Positions 61,893-64,000 of a DNA stretch of 64,000 nucleotides are shown here, piece by piece (position 1 is the first letter of the stretch; each line of letters begins with the position of its first letter). The notes below the pieces were generated by a model, which was given only the letters and a program-made list of their open reading frames with translations, had not been told where the DNA came from and did not search any database. Source of the stretch: Carpediemonas membranifera BICM (lineage: Eukaryota > Protista > Fornicata). The position numbers were made by a program, and so were the translations under genes. The stretch is from the NCBI GenBank assembly GCA_019828565.1, contig JAHDYR010000062.1, forward strand, positions 1,436,421-1,500,420, written 5' to 3'.

Positions 61893-64000
61893 CTACCCAG
61901 TGATCTGGCGGTCGAGCAACACAAACGACCTGCTCTTGATATCCAGCTGTCGCAGCAAGTGCTTCAGTACAATGGCGTACAGCCCGACGATGACGATGGA
62001 GTTGGACACGCACAGCCCGACGGTTGCAACCTCCGCACCGCTGAGAACGTACATCATACGCTGGTGGCGGTCCATGAAGGTGTCGAACAGCACCTCCGCG
62101 ATGGGCTGGGCGACCTTGAGCATCTCTACTGCGGTGCCGACGGGGAATTGGTCATTCGACGAGAAGGACGCGGCAAGTGCAGTATACCCGGCGATGGTGG
62201 GAACTAGGTCGTCGGGCAGCGTGCCCTGCAGGGCGTATTCGATGACGATGGAGGGGGGCTTCAGCTCACCGATGATGGCCTCAAACTCCTCTGTGCGCGC
62301 CACGAAGTTGCCCGCCATCCTCGCATTGTTCCCTGGCCCCGTGCTGAGCGCGAGGGCCTCGCTGGTGAGCCCCATGACCAGAGTGTCTGCGGGACTGGTG
62401 CCCGAGAGGTACTCGGACATGAAGTAGTCCAGCATAATGAGGAGGAAGGCGACGGCGAGGATGACGATGACGCAGCCGGCAATGACCAACAACGCCGCGA
62501 CCGTGCCGTAGAAGTACTTCCGGAGCGAGTAGTTCAGTGCCTTTCGCCGCACCTGCACAGTCGACTCCCGGCGGTGGCGATGGAACGAGCTGAGCCCGAT
62601 GAGCATCGAGGGCAGCATGAAGAAGAGAGAGAACATCAGCGTCGCGAATACAATGCACAGCGACGTCACTGCCGTCCCCATGTAAGCCAGTCGCGTCCAC
62701 TCCACCGTGCACAGGACGGACCCGACACGACCATCCCGGACAGCACTGGCCGCATCCACGAGATCGCCCAGGTCTGTAGGGATCTGTACACCGGTCAACA
62801 CTAGGGCCAGAGCCATCTCGGCCTGGTTGGAGACGGGTAGCTCGAGGTCGGCGGTCCTGGTCCCGTATCGCGTCTGGTCGATCGGCCTGTCGTCAGAGGA
62901 GTCCCACTCGAAGCCGACAAGGCGACTGGGCAGGGCACGCTCGTCGATGGAGGCGCTCGAGGCAGCGAGGCAGCTCGCAATATTCATCGTGCGGTTCACA
63001 ATCTCGAGATACGTTTCGAAATCATCTGTATCCAGCTGCGAATCCGACTCGGCGACGGCCAAGTACGTCTCTCTCGAGTCGTCGAGGACTGCAAACGCCG
63101 CCCCCAGGCTTTCCAGGGCAAACTCATCCACGTTGACAGCGAATCGCTGCACCGCGGTCAGGGTCTGGTGCACGGCGATGTTGAGACTGTTGAACGCCGC
63201 CATCGAGTCCCTCGCGGTGGCGACGTCATCGTACGAGTTCAGAACGGCGTACGACAGGGGCGCGATAGTGGTGACGACCGCGCCGATGCAGGCGACGACC
63301 ACGAGCAGGGCTGCGCCGACGATGACCTGGTGGGCCATCTGTCTGCGGCGCCGCTCTCTGATCAGGGCGGTGGGAGCGACTGCGATGAGGGTGCATACGA
63401 TGTTGCAGGCGCTGAGTCCAACGAGAATCAGCGCCGTGCTCAGCGTCTCGGGTGGCTCGATGCTATCCGACACCACGCCGTTTAGATTGTCCAGGGCAGA
63501 CCAGTAGCTGTCCAGGGAATCGGTCAGCTTCCTGTCGAACACGATGGCCGTAGCCAGGGTGACCTGCTCGGCGGCCGTCCTGGCGGTGGTGTCGTAAGCA
63601 GTGTCGGTGTACCACGTCGTCTCGTTATGCCCGTACATTCCACTGTCGAAGCCATGGTACGTCTCGGACGAGAAGTTCCAGGCGACATCGAAGAGCACGA
63701 CAAGGTCAGCAGAATACCCGTGGCCGAACGCCGCGACATTCAGCGCGACTCTTTCGTAGTAGAAGGAGAGGTCCCAGGCCTGTAGGGCGGCGGCCATCTC
63801 GGGGCTGGTGCCGATTGACGGAGACGTCTCGAAGGCAGAGAGCAGCTCCGAGAAGGAAACGTCGCCCAGGAATGTCGTCTGGTACGAGTTGAACGAGGCT
63901 ACGTCCCCGCCGACGACGAACCTTGCCAGATGGAGGGATGCGAGTGTGTGGGTGCCGAGGAAGGCGATGGGGTCGAACGACAGGTGCCCCGAGAGCGCCT
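61893..64000 (-). CDS. Multi-pass membrane protein with repeated TM pair / helical ectodomain modules (5' end outside window)
   Basis: Frame stays open to 64000. Hydrophobic helices pair up around basic loops (RERRRR, RHRRE...RRK) and alternate with helical segments. Confidence 0.7.
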   Translation of the reverse strand, partial: ALSGHLSFDPIAFLGTHTLASLHLARFVVGGDVASFNSYQTTFLGDVSFSELLSAFETSPSIGTSPEMAAALQAWDLSFYYERVALNVAAFGHGYSADLVVLFDVAWNFSSETYHGFDSGMYGHNETTWYTDTAYDTTARTAAEQVTLATAIVFDRKLTDSLDSYWSALDNLNGVVSDSIEPPETLSTALILVGLSACNIVCTLIAVAPTALIRERRRRQMAHQVIVGAALLVVVACIGAVVTTIAPLSYAVLNSYDDVATARDSMAAFNSLNIAVHQTLTAVQRFAVNVDEFALESLGAAFAVLDDSRETYLAVAESDSQLDTDDFETYLEIVNRTMNIASCLAASSASIDERALPSRLVGFEWDSSDDRPIDQTRYGTRTADLELPVSNQAEMALALVLTGVQIPTDLGDLVDAASAVRDGRVGSVLCTVEWTRLAYMGTAVTSLCIVFATLMFSLFFMLPSMLIGLSSFHRHRRESTVQVRRKALNYSLRKYFYGTVAALLVIAGCVIVILAVAFLLIMLDYFMSEYLSGTSPADTLVMGLTSEALALSTGPGNNARMAGNFVARTEEFEAIIGELKPPSIVIEYALQGTLPDDLVPTIAGYTALAASFSSNDQFPVGTAVEMLKVAQPIAEVLFDTFMDRHQRMMYVLSGAEVATVGLCVSNSIVIVGLYAIVLKHLLRQLDIKSRSFVLLDRQITG

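Noticed and set aside
1-64000. Bacterial contig, CRISPR array, tRNA/rRNA genes or alternative genetic code
   Set aside because: Spliceosomal introns and core eukaryotic genes are interleaved with the prokaryote-like genes. No repeat-spacer array or structural RNA gene was recognised, and TAA, TAG and TGA all terminate conserved genes.

Overview
This is gene-dense, GC-rich eukaryotic DNA with very short intergenic spacers and sparse, tiny (about 28-44 nt) spliceosomal introns, most ending in ...ACACAG or ...ACATAG. It looks like an anaerobic flagellate protist; a Carpediemonas-like fornicate is my inference and is not proven. Housekeeping genes include RPS3, a DNA polymerase alpha B subunit, SmE, TFIIE-alpha, POC1, a Kintoun-like protein, a DHHC palmitoyltransferase and a calponin-family protein. 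Several genes are prokaryote-type: an Fe-S L-serine dehydratase that has gained an intron, an Fe-containing alcohol dehydrogenase in two inverted copies, an HxxxDG acyltransferase and a metallo-beta-lactamase-fold hydrolase. Highlights: (1) a Fanzor1/TnpB-type RNA-guided nuclease locus at about 54.3-56.5 kb. All three RuvC catalytic residues and the Zn finger are intact, but the ORF has one in-frame stop and one frameshift, and it is bracketed by two homologous 70-80 nt palindromic units; the downstream unit is a candidate omegaRNA/end hairpin. (2) A bacterial-style signalling set: two paralogous multi-PAS histidine kinases with complementary defects, a complete PocR-HisKA-HATPase-REC hybrid kinase, a receiver-less GARP transcription factor, a FIST-adenylyl cyclase and a membrane pseudo-phosphodiesterase. 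(3) An SmE intron at the position of the human U12 intron that appears to end in non-canonical AT. (4) A ZIP transporter with an in-frame UGA.
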